A DNA stretch of 64,000 bases from Nitrososphaerota archaeon (GCA_041641295.1 JBEPYO010000001.1:448001-512000), one strand, 5' to 3'. Shown: positions 45,213-55,789, counted from the first letter of the stretch. A program made the numbers and translations. The notes: a model not told the origin generated them from the letters alone.

Positions 45213-45511
45213 CCGCCAGACCCCCTCCCCATCTCCCTGAGCCTGGCCTCTATCTCCGCGATCCTCTTCTTCAGCTCCTCTATCTCGGCCTTGTTATGTA
45301 TGTTGGCCGCCAGGTTCATCGAGTCTAGGATGGTTATCTCACCCAAGCCGCCCATCGCAGCGTGCTCCTGGCCCCAGACCTCCCTGATCAGCGTGTCCAA
45401 GGCCCTCCTATGCCTCTCCTCCCTTAGAAGCGGTCTATAGGTCCGCCTAAGCCGCTCCACAACCTGCCTGTAGAGCTGTCTGAAGGGAGGGGTAATCCTA
45501 CCCAAGCCCAC
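45209..45511 (-). CDS. Small PolB2-associated helical protein (arCOG07300-like)
   Basis: GRITPPFR N-terminus, coiled-coil C-terminus, position immediately upstream of polB2. Confidence 0.65.
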   Translation of the reverse strand: MGLGRITPPFRQLYRQVVERLRRTYRPLLREERHRRALDTLIREVWGQEHAAMGGLGEITILDSMNLAANIHNKAEIEELKKRIAEIEARLREMGRGSGG

Positions 45512-46211
45512 CAGCCAGGGGGAGGATCCGAGGGAGACCAGCCGCGGAGCAGGCAGCGAAGCGTGCTTGACGAGCCTGGCGACTAGGCCCGAGCCCCTCA
45601 GGGCGAAAAAACACTATCACTGCAGCCCTATGAATGATCTGGGCCGGGAGCTTGGGCGTGGCGCGGGCCGGGTCTGGTGAGTCTTCTATGGAGGGGGCTG
45701 TGACCACCAGCGGTGCAGAGGCCCTAGAGGCGGCCTCCATGAGGATTGAGACCGACTTGACGAGGGCGGATGAGGCCTCGCCGCCCTCCCTATCCAGGAA
45801 GGCTGGGGCGTTGTGCATGGCTATGAGCGCCACCCTCCCCCTCTTTCCGATATCCTCTGAGAGCTCCTCAGCCGCGCAGACCTGCCGCCTAGCGTTGAAG
45901 GCCGCGGCGCAGCGTATTGCTGACAGGACCTTGAGGGGCTCTACACCCGCCATCTTCGAGACTGTCGAGAGGGATGTGGCGTCGATGAGTGTCTTCTCGC
46001 CATAGTAGTCAGTGTTGTTCAGATACGCCACCCACCCGTGCCTCGAGGCCTCAACCATCAGCCTGTAGAGCACGAGGTCGGTGACCACCCGGTCCCCGTA
46101 GAAGATGTGCAGGGCTCCGGGCCTAAGCCCACCTATCAGAGCGTCAAGCCGCTCCAAGCCGGTTGGTACTGGGCGGCGGAGAAGCATCAGCTCGGAGGCC
46201 CGTTTCATCAA
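45498..46211 (-). CDS. RadA/RecA-like protein with a degenerate Walker A; likely frameshifted near 45606
   Basis: PTGLERLDALIGG N-terminus; YGDRVVT replaces GxxxxGKT; a RecA-like ARLVKH tail appears in the +1 frame. Confidence 0.65.
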   Translation of the reverse strand: MMKRASELMLLRRPVPTGLERLDALIGGLRPGALHIFYGDRVVTDLVLYRLMVEASRHGWVAYLNNTDYYGEKTLIDATSLSTVSKMAGVEPLKVLSAIRCAAAFNARRQVCAAEELSEDIGKRGRVALIAMHNAPAFLDREGGEASSALVKSVSILMEAASRASAPLVVTAPSIEDSPDPARATPKLPAQIIHRAAVIVFFRPEGLGPSRQARQARFAACSAAGLPRILPLAGGLG

Positions 46212-46258
46212 GACTCATCAACGCCTCCGGGGGGAGACCACCCTCCCGGCCCACGCAG

Positions 46259-47278
46259 CTACCGCTTTGACTCCGCGTCCTCTATGCCCTTCTCCGAGAT
46301 CCTAAAGCGCGCCTCCAGGTCAGACGGGTGGTAGGGGCTGTCCATTATCCTGGCTATCCTCGTATCATCTGGCCCCCTCCTCAGGAATACTCTATACGTC
46401 GTGCTGTGGGCTAGGACGTGGCCGCCGCTGGGCTTTGTGGGGTTCCCATAGAAGGCTCCGGGGTCTCCGACGACCTGGTTAGTAACTACTACTGCAACAT
46501 TCCTAATCTCCGCCAGCCTGAGCAGGCGGTGGAGCGTCGCGTTAAGCTTCTGCTGCCTCTCCGACAGATTCTCCCTACCCACATAGTCTGCCCTGAAGTG
46601 TGAGATGATCGAGTCTACGACAACGAGCCTAGCCTTGTACTTCTCCAAGTGCCTCCCAAGCTCCCTCACGACGAGCTGGAGGTGGCTCGAGTTATACACC
46701 TCCGACACCACAACACCTTCTAAGACCTTGTCAGGATTCAGGCCGCGGGCCTTGGCTATCTCGTAAATCCTCTCAGGCCTAAACGTCGACTCGGTGTCGA
46801 TGTATATCGCTCCTGCGGAGAGGCCGCCCTTCTCCCGCGGCAGCTGGACAGTGACGCAGAGGGTGTGGCATATCTGGGTCTTCCCACACCCATACTCGCC
46901 TACCAGCTCAGTCACCGCCTGAGTCTCCACACCACCCATCAGCAGGTTGTCAAGAGACGAGCAGCCGGTAGTTATCCGCTCCAGGCTCTTCCTACGCTCC
47001 AAGACCTCCTTCCCAGTCATCAGCTCGGAGTCCAAGAATCCGCTGCTGACCAGTAGGACCCTGGCCTGGAGGCAGAGCTCCTCGGCCTTCTTCGCATCAA
47101 TCCCAGCCTCAACAAGCTCGCGGGGAGAGGCCGCGGCTAGGTCTAGCAGGCTATATATCCCAATGGAGGTTAGCTTCTCTTTAGTAGCCTCACCCACGCC
47201 CCTCAGGTCTGCTAGGCTGTAGATGTCCACCTCCTCGCCGTCCTCGCGGGCCTCACCCCTCTTGGCTGCGGGGCTCAT
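46259..47278 (-). CDS. radA: DNA repair and recombination protein RadA
   Basis: N-terminal HhH domain; GEYGCGKT, YIDTESTFRPERI, VVDS, GRENLSERQQKL, GGHVLAH. Confidence 0.92.
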   Translation of the reverse strand: MSPAAKRGEAREDGEEVDIYSLADLRGVGEATKEKLTSIGIYSLLDLAAASPRELVEAGIDAKKAEELCLQARVLLVSSGFLDSELMTGKEVLERRKSLERITTGCSSLDNLLMGGVETQAVTELVGEYGCGKTQICHTLCVTVQLPREKGGLSAGAIYIDTESTFRPERIYEIAKARGLNPDKVLEGVVVSEVYNSSHLQLVVRELGRHLEKYKARLVVVDSIISHFRADYVGRENLSERQQKLNATLHRLLRLAEIRNVAVVVTNQVVGDPGAFYGNPTKPSGGHVLAHSTTYRVFLRRGPDDTRIARIMDSPYHPSDLEARFRISEKGIEDAESKR

Positions 47279-47360
47279 GGCCAGAATCGGGGACCCGGCA
47301 TAGATATAGATTAAGACCCCTCGGCGAAAGTAACGAATGAAAAGTAAAGGGACGGCGGGG

Positions 47361-47795
47361 CTACTCTATCACGACCCGCTCGATCTTGAAGTGCCTCTTG
47401 GCCATTCTCCGCACTATCCCCACGTTCCGGCCGCCCTTTCCAATCACCATCGCCTTGTCCTCGGGGTCGACCTTGATGATGGCTGTGAGCTGCCCATCCT
47501 TGCCAGGAACTATCTTGACCTCCCGCGCCTTAGCTGGCTTCACCGCGTTGGATAGGAAGGAGGCTGCATCCCCACAGTATTCCACGACCTTCAGCCGCTT
47601 CTTCAATAGGTTTGACAGCTCCTGTATCTTCACTCCCTTCTTACCGATGGCTCGGCCGAACTCGCCCTCCCTGACCAGGAAGACGATCTGCTCGTCGTCG
47701 GCTAGGCAGTCAATCACGGTTGCCCCAGTATAGCTCTGGAAAAGGGAGACAAGCCTCATCTCACGTTCTGTTAGCTTGATCTCCTCGTCTGTCAA
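47361..47795 (-). CDS. nusA: Transcription elongation factor NusA (archaeal KH type)
   Basis: AIGKKG and VIGKGGRN KH motifs. Confidence 0.92.
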   Translation of the reverse strand: MTDEEIKLTEREMRLVSLFQSYTGATVIDCLADDEQIVFLVREGEFGRAIGKKGVKIQELSNLLKKRLKVVEYCGDAASFLSNAVKPAKAREVKIVPGKDGQLTAIIKVDPEDKAMVIGKGGRNVGIVRRMAKRHFKIERVVIE

Positions 47796-48088
47796 CTGGC
47801 CTCGCCCAGTAGTGAAGAGTTTCCAAGATCGATTATCGCAACGGCTGATGCTCCGAACGGCTTACCGAGCGCTTGGCCTATCTCTCTCGCGGTCAGGTCA
47901 GAGTAGATTATAGGGATCGCCGAGATCTTAGCTGCGAGTTCCATCTTCTGCCTCACGCTCTCCGGGCAGTTACTGGCTAGGACTATAGCCTTAGCCGACT
48001 TCCTCACCACGCTCAGATAGCTCTGCCTAAACCCGAGCAGGTATTTCCCAGTGAGCCTGATAACTCCGAGCTCCTTCCTCACGTCCAT
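47792..48088 (-). CDS. rpl30e: 50S ribosomal protein L30e
   Basis: TGKYLLG, ASNCP, GKPF, GNS; position in the rpo operon. Confidence 0.92.
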   Translation of the reverse strand: MDVRKELGVIRLTGKYLLGFRQSYLSVVRKSAKAIVLASNCPESVRQKMELAAKISAIPIIYSDLTAREIGQALGKPFGASAVAIIDLGNSSLLGEAS

Positions 48089-51000
48089 TACTTCCCACCC
48101 GCATCGGAGCCCGACCCGCTATTCTGGTTCGGCAGGAGGTCGCTATACCTCATCAGGAGGCTCACCCTGCCAGTACCGACAGGAACCTCCCTGCCTATTA
48201 AGATTCTCTCAATGTTCCCCTGCAGATGATCAACCTCGCCAGATGCAGCCGCCTCAACCAGCGTCTGGAAGCTAATCTCGAAGGCCGCCCTCGCAAGGAC
48301 GCTCGACTTCAGCCTCACAACACCGTGCCTCCCAACCTGTCTAACCCTCCCATCTAATGTCATGGCGTCTGCCAATAGTAGCAGGTGTCTGACGTCGACG
48401 TCGAGGCCCTGCTCCCTCAAGAGCTGTTGAGCCTCCTCGACTATTAGCTGCCTCGCCGCCTCAATGCCGAGGACTGAGGCCACCTCGTGAATGTCGTTCG
48501 TCCTAACCCTTCTGAAATCAACCTCAGGTATGGACATGACCTCCTTGAGGTTTGAGCCCTCTGTCTGTATGAGGTATTCACCACCCTTCTTCCGGACGAC
48601 AGCCTTTGTTATCTTCTTCACACCTCTCAGCCTCGTGTTAAGTATCCTAGTTTTCAGAAGTTCTAGAGAGTCTTGTTCAACCTCCTTAACTGTCAGGGAG
48701 ACAGCCCGTTTAGACTCGATGAACTTGGGCTTGTAGGGCTTCAAGGCCTGGCTTAACTCCTCCCGCGTCACGTTTAGTTCCTTCAAGGCCTCTTCATCGA
48801 GCATGAGTATTATGTTGCCGGTCCTCGCCTCTATCCTAATCTCGTCTACAACATCGCCGACGCTTATGTATTGGAGCCTGCTGGCAATCTTCCTAGCTAG
48901 CTTCGGATCCTGGTTGTAGGGTGGTTTAAGATATATGTACATCATGGGCGTGGAGGGTGCCCTTCTTGCATCGATTATCTCGATAAGCCTAGGTAGTCCT
49001 ACGAGGATGCTCTGCTCCCTAACACCAGCGAAGTGGAATGTCCTGAGCGTGAGCTGTGTCCCAGGCTCGCCAAGGGACTGGGCTGCGATGATTCCGACAG
49101 GGTCTCCAGCCTCAACCATGCTTTGGAGATAGACCCGGTACGCCGTTGCGAAGACCCTCTCTATAGCGTCCTTCGGGACCTTAAGTTTGAGACAGGCGTC
49201 CGATAACTCCTGGATAGCCAGGGGTGGCATCAACCCCTCATACTTCTTGGCTACAGCCTCGACATCCTCTTTTGCGGCTGGGCTGCCTTCGCCCTGCTGC
49301 TCCATTAGGACTTGCGATATGATGTTGGCGGGGATAAACGGCTTTCCGTGGTCGCTCTTACCAGGGTCGACGCCGTCCTCGCCGTATAGGAATTGAACGA
49401 TTTTCTTGGTGTCTGACATTCTGACTGAGCCGTCAAACTCTACGTAGAGTGATTCGAGGGCGTTTATGAGCCTACGCTGCATGTAGCCGCTCTGCTGCGT
49501 CCGGACCGCAGTGTCGACCAGCCCATCCCTTCCGCCCATCAGGTGGAAGAAGAACTCTATCGGGTCGAGGCCCTTGATGAATGGGTTGTATACGAAGCCT
49601 CTGGCGCGTGGAGATAGGTCGCCCCTCTCGAAGAACGTTAAGACTCTGTCCGTAAATCCTCTGCTAGGCCTCTCCCTCCTAACCGCCTGCTGACCAACTA
49701 TGGCAATCATCTGGTCAATGTTCAGGGTGCTCCCCCTCGCTCCGGTCCTAGCCATGATGACGAGTGGGTTGTCTATGGAGACATACTTCCTCACGAAGCT
49801 GCCAATCTCGTCCCTAGTCCTGGAGAGGAGTTCAAGTATTTCGGACTCAAACGCTTTCTCGGGAGTCTCACCGGGCTTAACTTCCAGTCTCCCCTTCTCA
49901 TAGTCGGACTTTAGCTGCTGGAACTCCTTCTCCATCTTGTGGAGGTAGGATTGGACCTGCTTGTACACTTCCTCGGGTACCGTTAGATTCTCTATGCCGA
50001 ATGTGAAGCCTCGGAGGTTTATGTACGTGTTGGCGAGCCTAATGACTCCGTTGAGGAATCTTGCAGCCTCCTCGTAGCCGTATTCCCTGAATATTCTGTG
50101 CAGAACGCTGTTAGCCTTCTCTACACCCACTATAGCCTTATCAATGAATCCTTGGACTAGCTTCCCCTTCTCTATTACGACCTGAGTATCTGAGCTGAAG
50201 TTGGACTGGACCCTGTGAGACAGGGTGGGTGGCAGGAGTAGGCTGAACACCTGCTTGCCGCTCCAAAGAGGCTGAGGATCTGTCTTCTCAGGTGGAGGCA
50301 GCTCGCCCTTGTACCCTATCGCGGAGAGGAGGTAACCAAGCGTCTGCTTATCCACATATGTGCCGTCTTTTGTCAACAGGTAGAGCGAGGTCAAGAAGTC
50401 TCTTATTGCACCTATAATCGGTGCGCCATATCTGGCGGAGATTATGTTTCGCTGGACCTGTAGTAGGAGCCTTGCCTCGGCCTGAGCCTCCTCACTCTGC
50501 GGGACGTGGAGGTTCATCTCGTCGCCGTCGAAGTCGGCGTTATAGGGTGTGCAGACTGCTAGGTTGAGTCTGAAGGTCTTATAGGGTAGGACTTTGACGC
50601 GGTGAGCCATGATGGAGACTCGGTGTAGGCTTGGCTGCCTGTTGAATAGTACAATGTCCCCGTCCCTTAGATGCCTCTCGACGATCCAGCCCTCCTCGAG
50701 GCTCTCAGCAACCTCGTCCAAGTTCTGAACATTCTTCAGACGAATCATCTTCCGGTCAGGCTTGATCACGTATTTTGCTCCCGGGTACTTGTCAGGCCCG
50801 TTCCTCACCATCTCCTTCAGCTTCTCCTTATTCCAGGGAGTGACGATCTCCGGTACGGTGAGCTGCATAGCTATCTCGAGTGGGACGCCCACCTCGTCGA
50901 AGTCTATGAGGGGATCGGGTGAGATGACTGTGCGCGCGGAGAAGTCGACACGTTTCCCGGAGAGGTTAAGCCTGAAGCGGCCCTCCTTACCCTTAAGCCT

Positions 51001-51894
51001 CTGGGCGAGCGTCTTCAATATCCTGCCCGACCTGTGCTGGGCCGGTGAGATACCTATCGTCTCGTTGTTGATGTAGGTTGTTACGTGGTATTGTAGTAGG
51101 TCTGAGAGCTCTGCTATGACTGGCGAGGGTGCGGCCGCTGCTATGCTCTCCTTCAGCCTCTGATTTACCCTCAGTATGTCGACCAGCTTGTGGGTTAGGT
51201 CGTCCTCAGAGCGGTAGTTGCTCTCAAGGGTTATTGAGGGCCTTACATAGACAGGGGGGACGGGGAGTACTGTTAGAACCATCCACTCCGGCCTTGAAGA
51301 CTGTGGGTCGATGTCGAGGAGCTCCAGGTCTGAGTCCGGTATTCTCTCGAGCCGCTGTCTCACTGAGCCTGCTGTAAGCCTGACAGCCCCCTGTGGGGTG
51401 GATTCTACGAAGGTTGAGGGCTTCTCCAGCTCTATCTTAAACTGCTTCTCGCCGCAGTGTGGGCAGGTTTGGGTGGCCATTGCCTTTTGCTTAACCTTGT
51501 AGAAGAGGTGTCTGTACATTCTCCCCTCCTGCTTCAGCTGCCGCAGCCTCGCCCTGGTCTCCTCGATCTCGTTCTGGCTTAGCAGCAGCCTTCCACAAGA
51601 CCTGCACGTACACCTAAGCAGTTCATGAATAATCTTGACGAATCCTATGTGTATGACGGGGACTGCAAGCTCTATATGCCCAAAGTGTCCCGGACACGAG
51701 ATGTATGTGTTTCCGCAGGTCTTGCACCTCTGCCCCGGCTCAAGAGTGCCTAGCATCGGGTCCATGACACCTGTCGGTATCGGCATCCCGTCCTCGTCGT
51801 AGGTGTCTGGACTCTGAACCTCGACGACACTCATACTCCTGATTAGGTTTGGCGGAAGTATACCGAACTTAATTGCTGAGATTATCCCCCTCAA
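48088..51894 (-). CDS. rpoA: DNA-directed RNA polymerase subunit A (Rpo1, unsplit A'+A'')
   Basis: YNADFDGDEMN and GEPGTQLTLRTFH in a single ORF; start TTG 51894 overlapping the rpoB stop. Confidence 0.96.
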   Translation of the reverse strand: MRGIISAIKFGILPPNLIRSMSVVEVQSPDTYDEDGMPIPTGVMDPMLGTLEPGQRCKTCGNTYISCPGHFGHIELAVPVIHIGFVKIIHELLRCTCRSCGRLLLSQNEIEETRARLRQLKQEGRMYRHLFYKVKQKAMATQTCPHCGEKQFKIELEKPSTFVESTPQGAVRLTAGSVRQRLERIPDSDLELLDIDPQSSRPEWMVLTVLPVPPVYVRPSITLESNYRSEDDLTHKLVDILRVNQRLKESIAAAAPSPVIAELSDLLQYHVTTYINNETIGISPAQHRSGRILKTLAQRLKGKEGRFRLNLSGKRVDFSARTVISPDPLIDFDEVGVPLEIAMQLTVPEIVTPWNKEKLKEMVRNGPDKYPGAKYVIKPDRKMIRLKNVQNLDEVAESLEEGWIVERHLRDGDIVLFNRQPSLHRVSIMAHRVKVLPYKTFRLNLAVCTPYNADFDGDEMNLHVPQSEEAQAEARLLLQVQRNIISARYGAPIIGAIRDFLTSLYLLTKDGTYVDKQTLGYLLSAIGYKGELPPPEKTDPQPLWSGKQVFSLLLPPTLSHRVQSNFSSDTQVVIEKGKLVQGFIDKAIVGVEKANSVLHRIFREYGYEEAARFLNGVIRLANTYINLRGFTFGIENLTVPEEVYKQVQSYLHKMEKEFQQLKSDYEKGRLEVKPGETPEKAFESEILELLSRTRDEIGSFVRKYVSIDNPLVIMARTGARGSTLNIDQMIAIVGQQAVRRERPSRGFTDRVLTFFERGDLSPRARGFVYNPFIKGLDPIEFFFHLMGGRDGLVDTAVRTQQSGYMQRRLINALESLYVEFDGSVRMSDTKKIVQFLYGEDGVDPGKSDHGKPFIPANIISQVLMEQQGEGSPAAKEDVEAVAKKYEGLMPPLAIQELSDACLKLKVPKDAIERVFATAYRVYLQSMVEAGDPVGIIAAQSLGEPGTQLTLRTFHFAGVREQSILVGLPRLIEIIDARRAPSTPMMYIYLKPPYNQDPKLARKIASRLQYISVGDVVDEIRIEARTGNIILMLDEEALKELNVTREELSQALKPYKPKFIESKRAVSLTVKEVEQDSLELLKTRILNTRLRGVKKITKAVVRKKGGEYLIQTEGSNLKEVMSIPEVDFRRVRTNDIHEVASVLGIEAARQLIVEEAQQLLREQGLDVDVRHLLLLADAMTLDGRVRQVGRHGVVRLKSSVLARAAFEISFQTLVEAAASGEVDHLQGNIERILIGREVPVGTGRVSLLMRYSDLLPNQNSGSGSDAGGK

Positions 51895-54800
51895 CTCCCA
51901 CCCACCTCCTCGAAGATGAGCTTTGGATAGATACACATGGCTAGAAGCTCGTTCAGTAGGAGGAAGAATGCATACGACATCGAGACTTGGACTCCTGAGA
52001 AGTCTTTGCCATGTACGGGGCAGATTAGCTGGTTCTGCTTGAGGTCGTAGTATGCCGGTAGCCCGCACTTCTCGCAGAAGTATGCAGAATACTTGTCGCT
52101 CTGCTCGAGTAGCCGGTCGAGGAGTAGGTAGCTTGCCCCGTAGGCGATTAGGCAGTCCCTCTCCATCTCCCCGAACTTGAGGCCTCCACCGCGGGAGCGG
52201 CCCTCGGTAGGCTGCCTCGTCAGTATCTGAACCTGGCCCCTAGACCTCGCGTGTATCTTGTCCCGGACCAAGTGGTGTAGCCTCTGATAATACACAACGC
52301 CAACGAATATCTCAACCTCGTACTTTCTGCCTGTAAGGCCGTCATACATGACCTCCGTTCCAGTGCCCTTAAAGCCGAGAGCCTCTAGCTCCGCCTTTAT
52401 CTCCTCGAGGGGCTTGCCTATGAAGGGTGAGCCGTCGATCTCCTCGCCCTTCAGCCCGGCGAGTTTCCCGGCGAGGCTCTCAATCAGCTGTCCGACAGTC
52501 ATTCTGGAGGGGAATGCGTGTGGATTAATTATCAGGTCTGGGACGATCCCGCTGGCAGTGTAGGGCATGTCCGCCTGTGGGAAGAGCATGCCTACAACGC
52601 CCTTCTGACCATGCCTCGAGGCGAATTTGTCCCCAATCTCTGCAAAGCAGTCGGTTCTGATCCTGGCTTTGACTAGGGTTGTCTCTTCGAGCGTCTTAGT
52701 AACAAAGATCGTATCCACCACACCCGCCTCTGTAGGCTTAACGACCTCAGACGAGTCTCTCCAGACCATCTCCCTGGCAGGGGCCCTCATGTACTCTTCC
52801 ATGAACCGTGGAGGGCTAACCATTCCGACGATAGCCATTCCTCCCACAACCTCCGACTCGGGGAAGGCAAGCCCGTCGGTGTCTAATGCGCGGTAGCATT
52901 GCTCGCCCCTGTAGCCCCTCACACTCGGCTCGGGAATGCCCAGCCTATCCTTCTCACCGCCTATGTACTGCTTTGCCTCCACCTCGTAGGTCCTATAGCT
53001 GATGCTGTAGCCCACGCCGCGCTCAACGGAGGATTTGTTTAGGACTACGGCGTCCTCCATGTTGTATCCATATCCTGTCAAGACAGCCACGACCAAGTTC
53101 TGGCCGATTGGCCTCTCTGTGAGTGAGAGCCGCTTCGTGAAGCGCGTAGATACTAGGGGCTTCTGGGGATAGACCAGTAGGTGGAGCCTAGAGTCAGTCC
53201 TCAGGTTTAGGCTTGTTAGGGGAACTCCCAGCGCCTGCTTAGCCATTGAGGCTTCGTAGACGTTTCTCGGCGACTGGTTATGGTTACTGTAGGGTATTAT
53301 TGAGGCTACAGCGCCCATCGTGAGGAGCGGCGAAATTTCTAGATAGTTGTGGTTGGGGGTCAGGCTTTCTGGAGAGAGGGCGACCAAGACGTTTTCCTCC
53401 TCAGAAGCGTCTAAGAACTCTACAGCACCTATCGAAACCAGATCCCTAAACCTGAAAGTCCCATTGGACAGCGATTCAATCATCGCCCTCGAGATGCTAG
53501 GCACACCATTCTCCGCCACTATTAGCGGCCTCCTGACCCGGCCCTCGTCGGTGTAAATCTCAACTTCCTGGATGTGTGGATACTCGTTTAGGCAGATATT
53601 GACGGCGGGGCTAATCTCACCCTTCCTACGTAAGGCTCTAAGCTCGCGGACCAGAGCACGGCCGTCCGGATGATAGCCTATCAGCTCGTTGTCCAAGTAG
53701 ACTTTTGCACCATACGTCTTCTTCCGCCCACGCCTCCTCTCGTCAAGCGCCACAAAGACGCCGACCATACCGAGGTCTACCAGCCTTCTCTTCAGCTCAA
53801 TCCTGTCCTGCTGCGAGAGTGGGACTGTGACCTCGGCACCTAAGGCTAGGTTTTTGACGAGCCCGGAGTTCGCTCCTTCTGGCGTCTCAACGGGACATAT
53901 TCTACCCCAGTGTGTCCCGTGTAGGTCTCTTGCCTCGAAGTGTGCTTGGCTACGGCTAAGCGGCGACTGCACCCTCCTCAGATGGCTGATAGTGGCTAGA
54001 TAGTTAGTCCTGTTCAACAGCTGTGTTACGCCAACACGCCCACCGGGCCAGTTCCCAGTCGCAAATGCGTGAATAACGACGTCGTTAACTATGCTGGGCT
54101 TAACAAACGGTGAGATTGTGATTGGATAGCGCGACGCCATGCTCTTTTCGAGCTGATACTTGATGTCTCGGATCAGCTTGGTGAGAGCCATTCGGTAGAG
54201 TTCTGTCAGGAGTGGGTTCTCCAGCTTCAGCCTCTTGTTACCGTAGTGGTCTTTGTCCGAGGGCTTTCTGAGACCCACGCTCGTCTCGAGTAGCTTCCCA
54301 ACTATGTCGCATAGGAGTATTCCCTTCTTGTATCTCGCGTCGGGGGTCGTCCCTACATGGAGCATGAATATGTTGTCTATCATCTGCTCAGCCCGCTGTT
54401 TCCTGTACTCCTCGGCATAGCCGAAGGCTATCCTGTTCCCTATGTACACTAGGGCGTCATCCGCCGTCTCAACGCCCTCGGCCTCCCTGAATGACGGCTC
54501 GAGAAGCTCCTGTATCGCGGAGTTGTTCGATATGAGATTGACTATCTCGCTGTCCTTAGTCAGACCAAGAGCCCTCAGCATGACTATCAGTGGAATACCC
54601 TTGTAGATCCTCGAGAAGAAGACCTTTATGGGGCCACCCGGCTTGTAGGTGACCTCAACCTTACTCATCCTACCCTGAGAGGAGGAGAGAAGCATCGCAG
54701 AGTACTGTGGATTCTCCTTCTGATCCTTCACAGTCACGAGAACCTTGTTGGGTGAGAGATCCTCTATCGCCACTATAACCCTCTCTGACCCGTTTATGAT

Positions 54801-55286
54801 GAAGTAGCCGCCTGGGTCTAGCGGGTCTTCACCTATAGCCGCGAGCTCTTCTGGGGTCATCCTGCTCAGCGGACAGATAGAGGACTTAACCATGATGGGG
54901 ATCGAGCCGATAAGAACGCGCTCAGCGACGACTACCGGCTTATCATCAACATATAGGCTCATCTTGACATAGATTGGCGCCGCGTAGGTTAGGTTTCTCA
55001 GCCTACACTCCATCGGCGTTACGTCCTCCCTTACCATCCCGTCGATCTCGACGATCCTCGGAGACCCTATCTCGACGCTCTCGAACTTTAGCTCGGCTTT
55101 ACCCCTCGCCTTAATCTCGACAGGGCTCATGCTCATTATCAGGTTCTTGAGGCCCTCTTTGACGAAGTAGTCGTACGACATTAGGTGGTGGTTGATTAAC
55201 CCAGCGTCGTCGATGTAGGCCTCGGCTACCTTCATCAGGTCTTCGGTTGTGAGGACTGACTGTTCAGAGGTTGGCTTTGGGCTCAC
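51891..55286 (-). CDS. rpoB: DNA-directed RNA polymerase subunit B (Rpo2, unsplit)
   Basis: [30 protein letters not shown]. Confidence 0.97.
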   Translation of the reverse strand: MSPKPTSEQSVLTTEDLMKVAEAYIDDAGLINHHLMSYDYFVKEGLKNLIMSMSPVEIKARGKAELKFESVEIGSPRIVEIDGMVREDVTPMECRLRNLTYAAPIYVKMSLYVDDKPVVVAERVLIGSIPIMVKSSICPLSRMTPEELAAIGEDPLDPGGYFIINGSERVIVAIEDLSPNKVLVTVKDQKENPQYSAMLLSSSQGRMSKVEVTYKPGGPIKVFFSRIYKGIPLIVMLRALGLTKDSEIVNLISNNSAIQELLEPSFREAEGVETADDALVYIGNRIAFGYAEEYRKQRAEQMIDNIFMLHVGTTPDARYKKGILLCDIVGKLLETSVGLRKPSDKDHYGNKRLKLENPLLTELYRMALTKLIRDIKYQLEKSMASRYPITISPFVKPSIVNDVVIHAFATGNWPGGRVGVTQLLNRTNYLATISHLRRVQSPLSRSQAHFEARDLHGTHWGRICPVETPEGANSGLVKNLALGAEVTVPLSQQDRIELKRRLVDLGMVGVFVALDERRRGRKKTYGAKVYLDNELIGYHPDGRALVRELRALRRKGEISPAVNICLNEYPHIQEVEIYTDEGRVRRPLIVAENGVPSISRAMIESLSNGTFRFRDLVSIGAVEFLDASEEENVLVALSPESLTPNHNYLEISPLLTMGAVASIIPYSNHNQSPRNVYEASMAKQALGVPLTSLNLRTDSRLHLLVYPQKPLVSTRFTKRLSLTERPIGQNLVVAVLTGYGYNMEDAVVLNKSSVERGVGYSISYRTYEVEAKQYIGGEKDRLGIPEPSVRGYRGEQCYRALDTDGLAFPESEVVGGMAIVGMVSPPRFMEEYMRAPAREMVWRDSSEVVKPTEAGVVDTIFVTKTLEETTLVKARIRTDCFAEIGDKFASRHGQKGVVGMLFPQADMPYTASGIVPDLIINPHAFPSRMTVGQLIESLAGKLAGLKGEEIDGSPFIGKPLEEIKAELEALGFKGTGTEVMYDGLTGRKYEVEIFVGVVYYQRLHHLVRDKIHARSRGQVQILTRQPTEGRSRGGGLKFGEMERDCLIAYGASYLLLDRLLEQSDKYSAYFCEKCGLPAYYDLKQNQLICPVHGKDFSGVQVSMSYAFFLLLNELLAMCIYPKLIFEEVGGS

Positions 55287-55537
55287 TCCTCCCTCACCAC
55301 CAGTCTATAATAGTGTGAGAGACCGGCTGTGGGTGACCTTCTATGTATCCTAAGTACGTCGCCGGGCTTGGCACCTATCTCACGCACCACTGGGTCGCTG
55401 GCAAGTATCCTCGGAAGCTCGTTTAGGGTGATCCTGTATCTGCTCAATAGTTCCTGTACCTCCTCCTGGCTCATAATCTCGTGCTTCGGAACCAGCTCAT
55501 GCTCAAGTATCGAGACCGTCGACGGCACCTCTTTCAC
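55283..55537 (-). CDS. rpoH: DNA-directed RNA polymerase subunit H (Rpo5)
   Basis: [25 protein letters not shown]. Confidence 0.95.
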   Translation of the reverse strand: MKEVPSTVSILEHELVPKHEIMSQEEVQELLSRYRITLNELPRILASDPVVREIGAKPGDVLRIHRRSPTAGLSHYYRLVVREE

Positions 55538-55789
55538 CTCAACCTTTTTAGATTTAGAAGACTTCTGGGGCAGAATACACCACCATCCCTATAACCAGAT
55601 TCACTTGGTGAGAAAAAGTTAGAATCCCTTTATTAACTTATCCTACCCCGCTGCGAGGCGCATAATAGGGCCATAGGCACCATGCTTGTTCTGCGGGCTA
55701 CGTAGCTATTCAGGCTGCGGGGCTGGGCTGTAGACTCATTGTTGGGGGCTGAGTCAAGGATTATGTAGAAGGGAGCTTCGATTTGGCCT

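Noticed and set aside
51895-52068. 58-aa N-terminal extension of RpoA in the ORF track
   Set aside because: It overlaps the rpoB 3' end; the TTG at 51894 has an SD-like GGAGGTGG and a coupled stop/start
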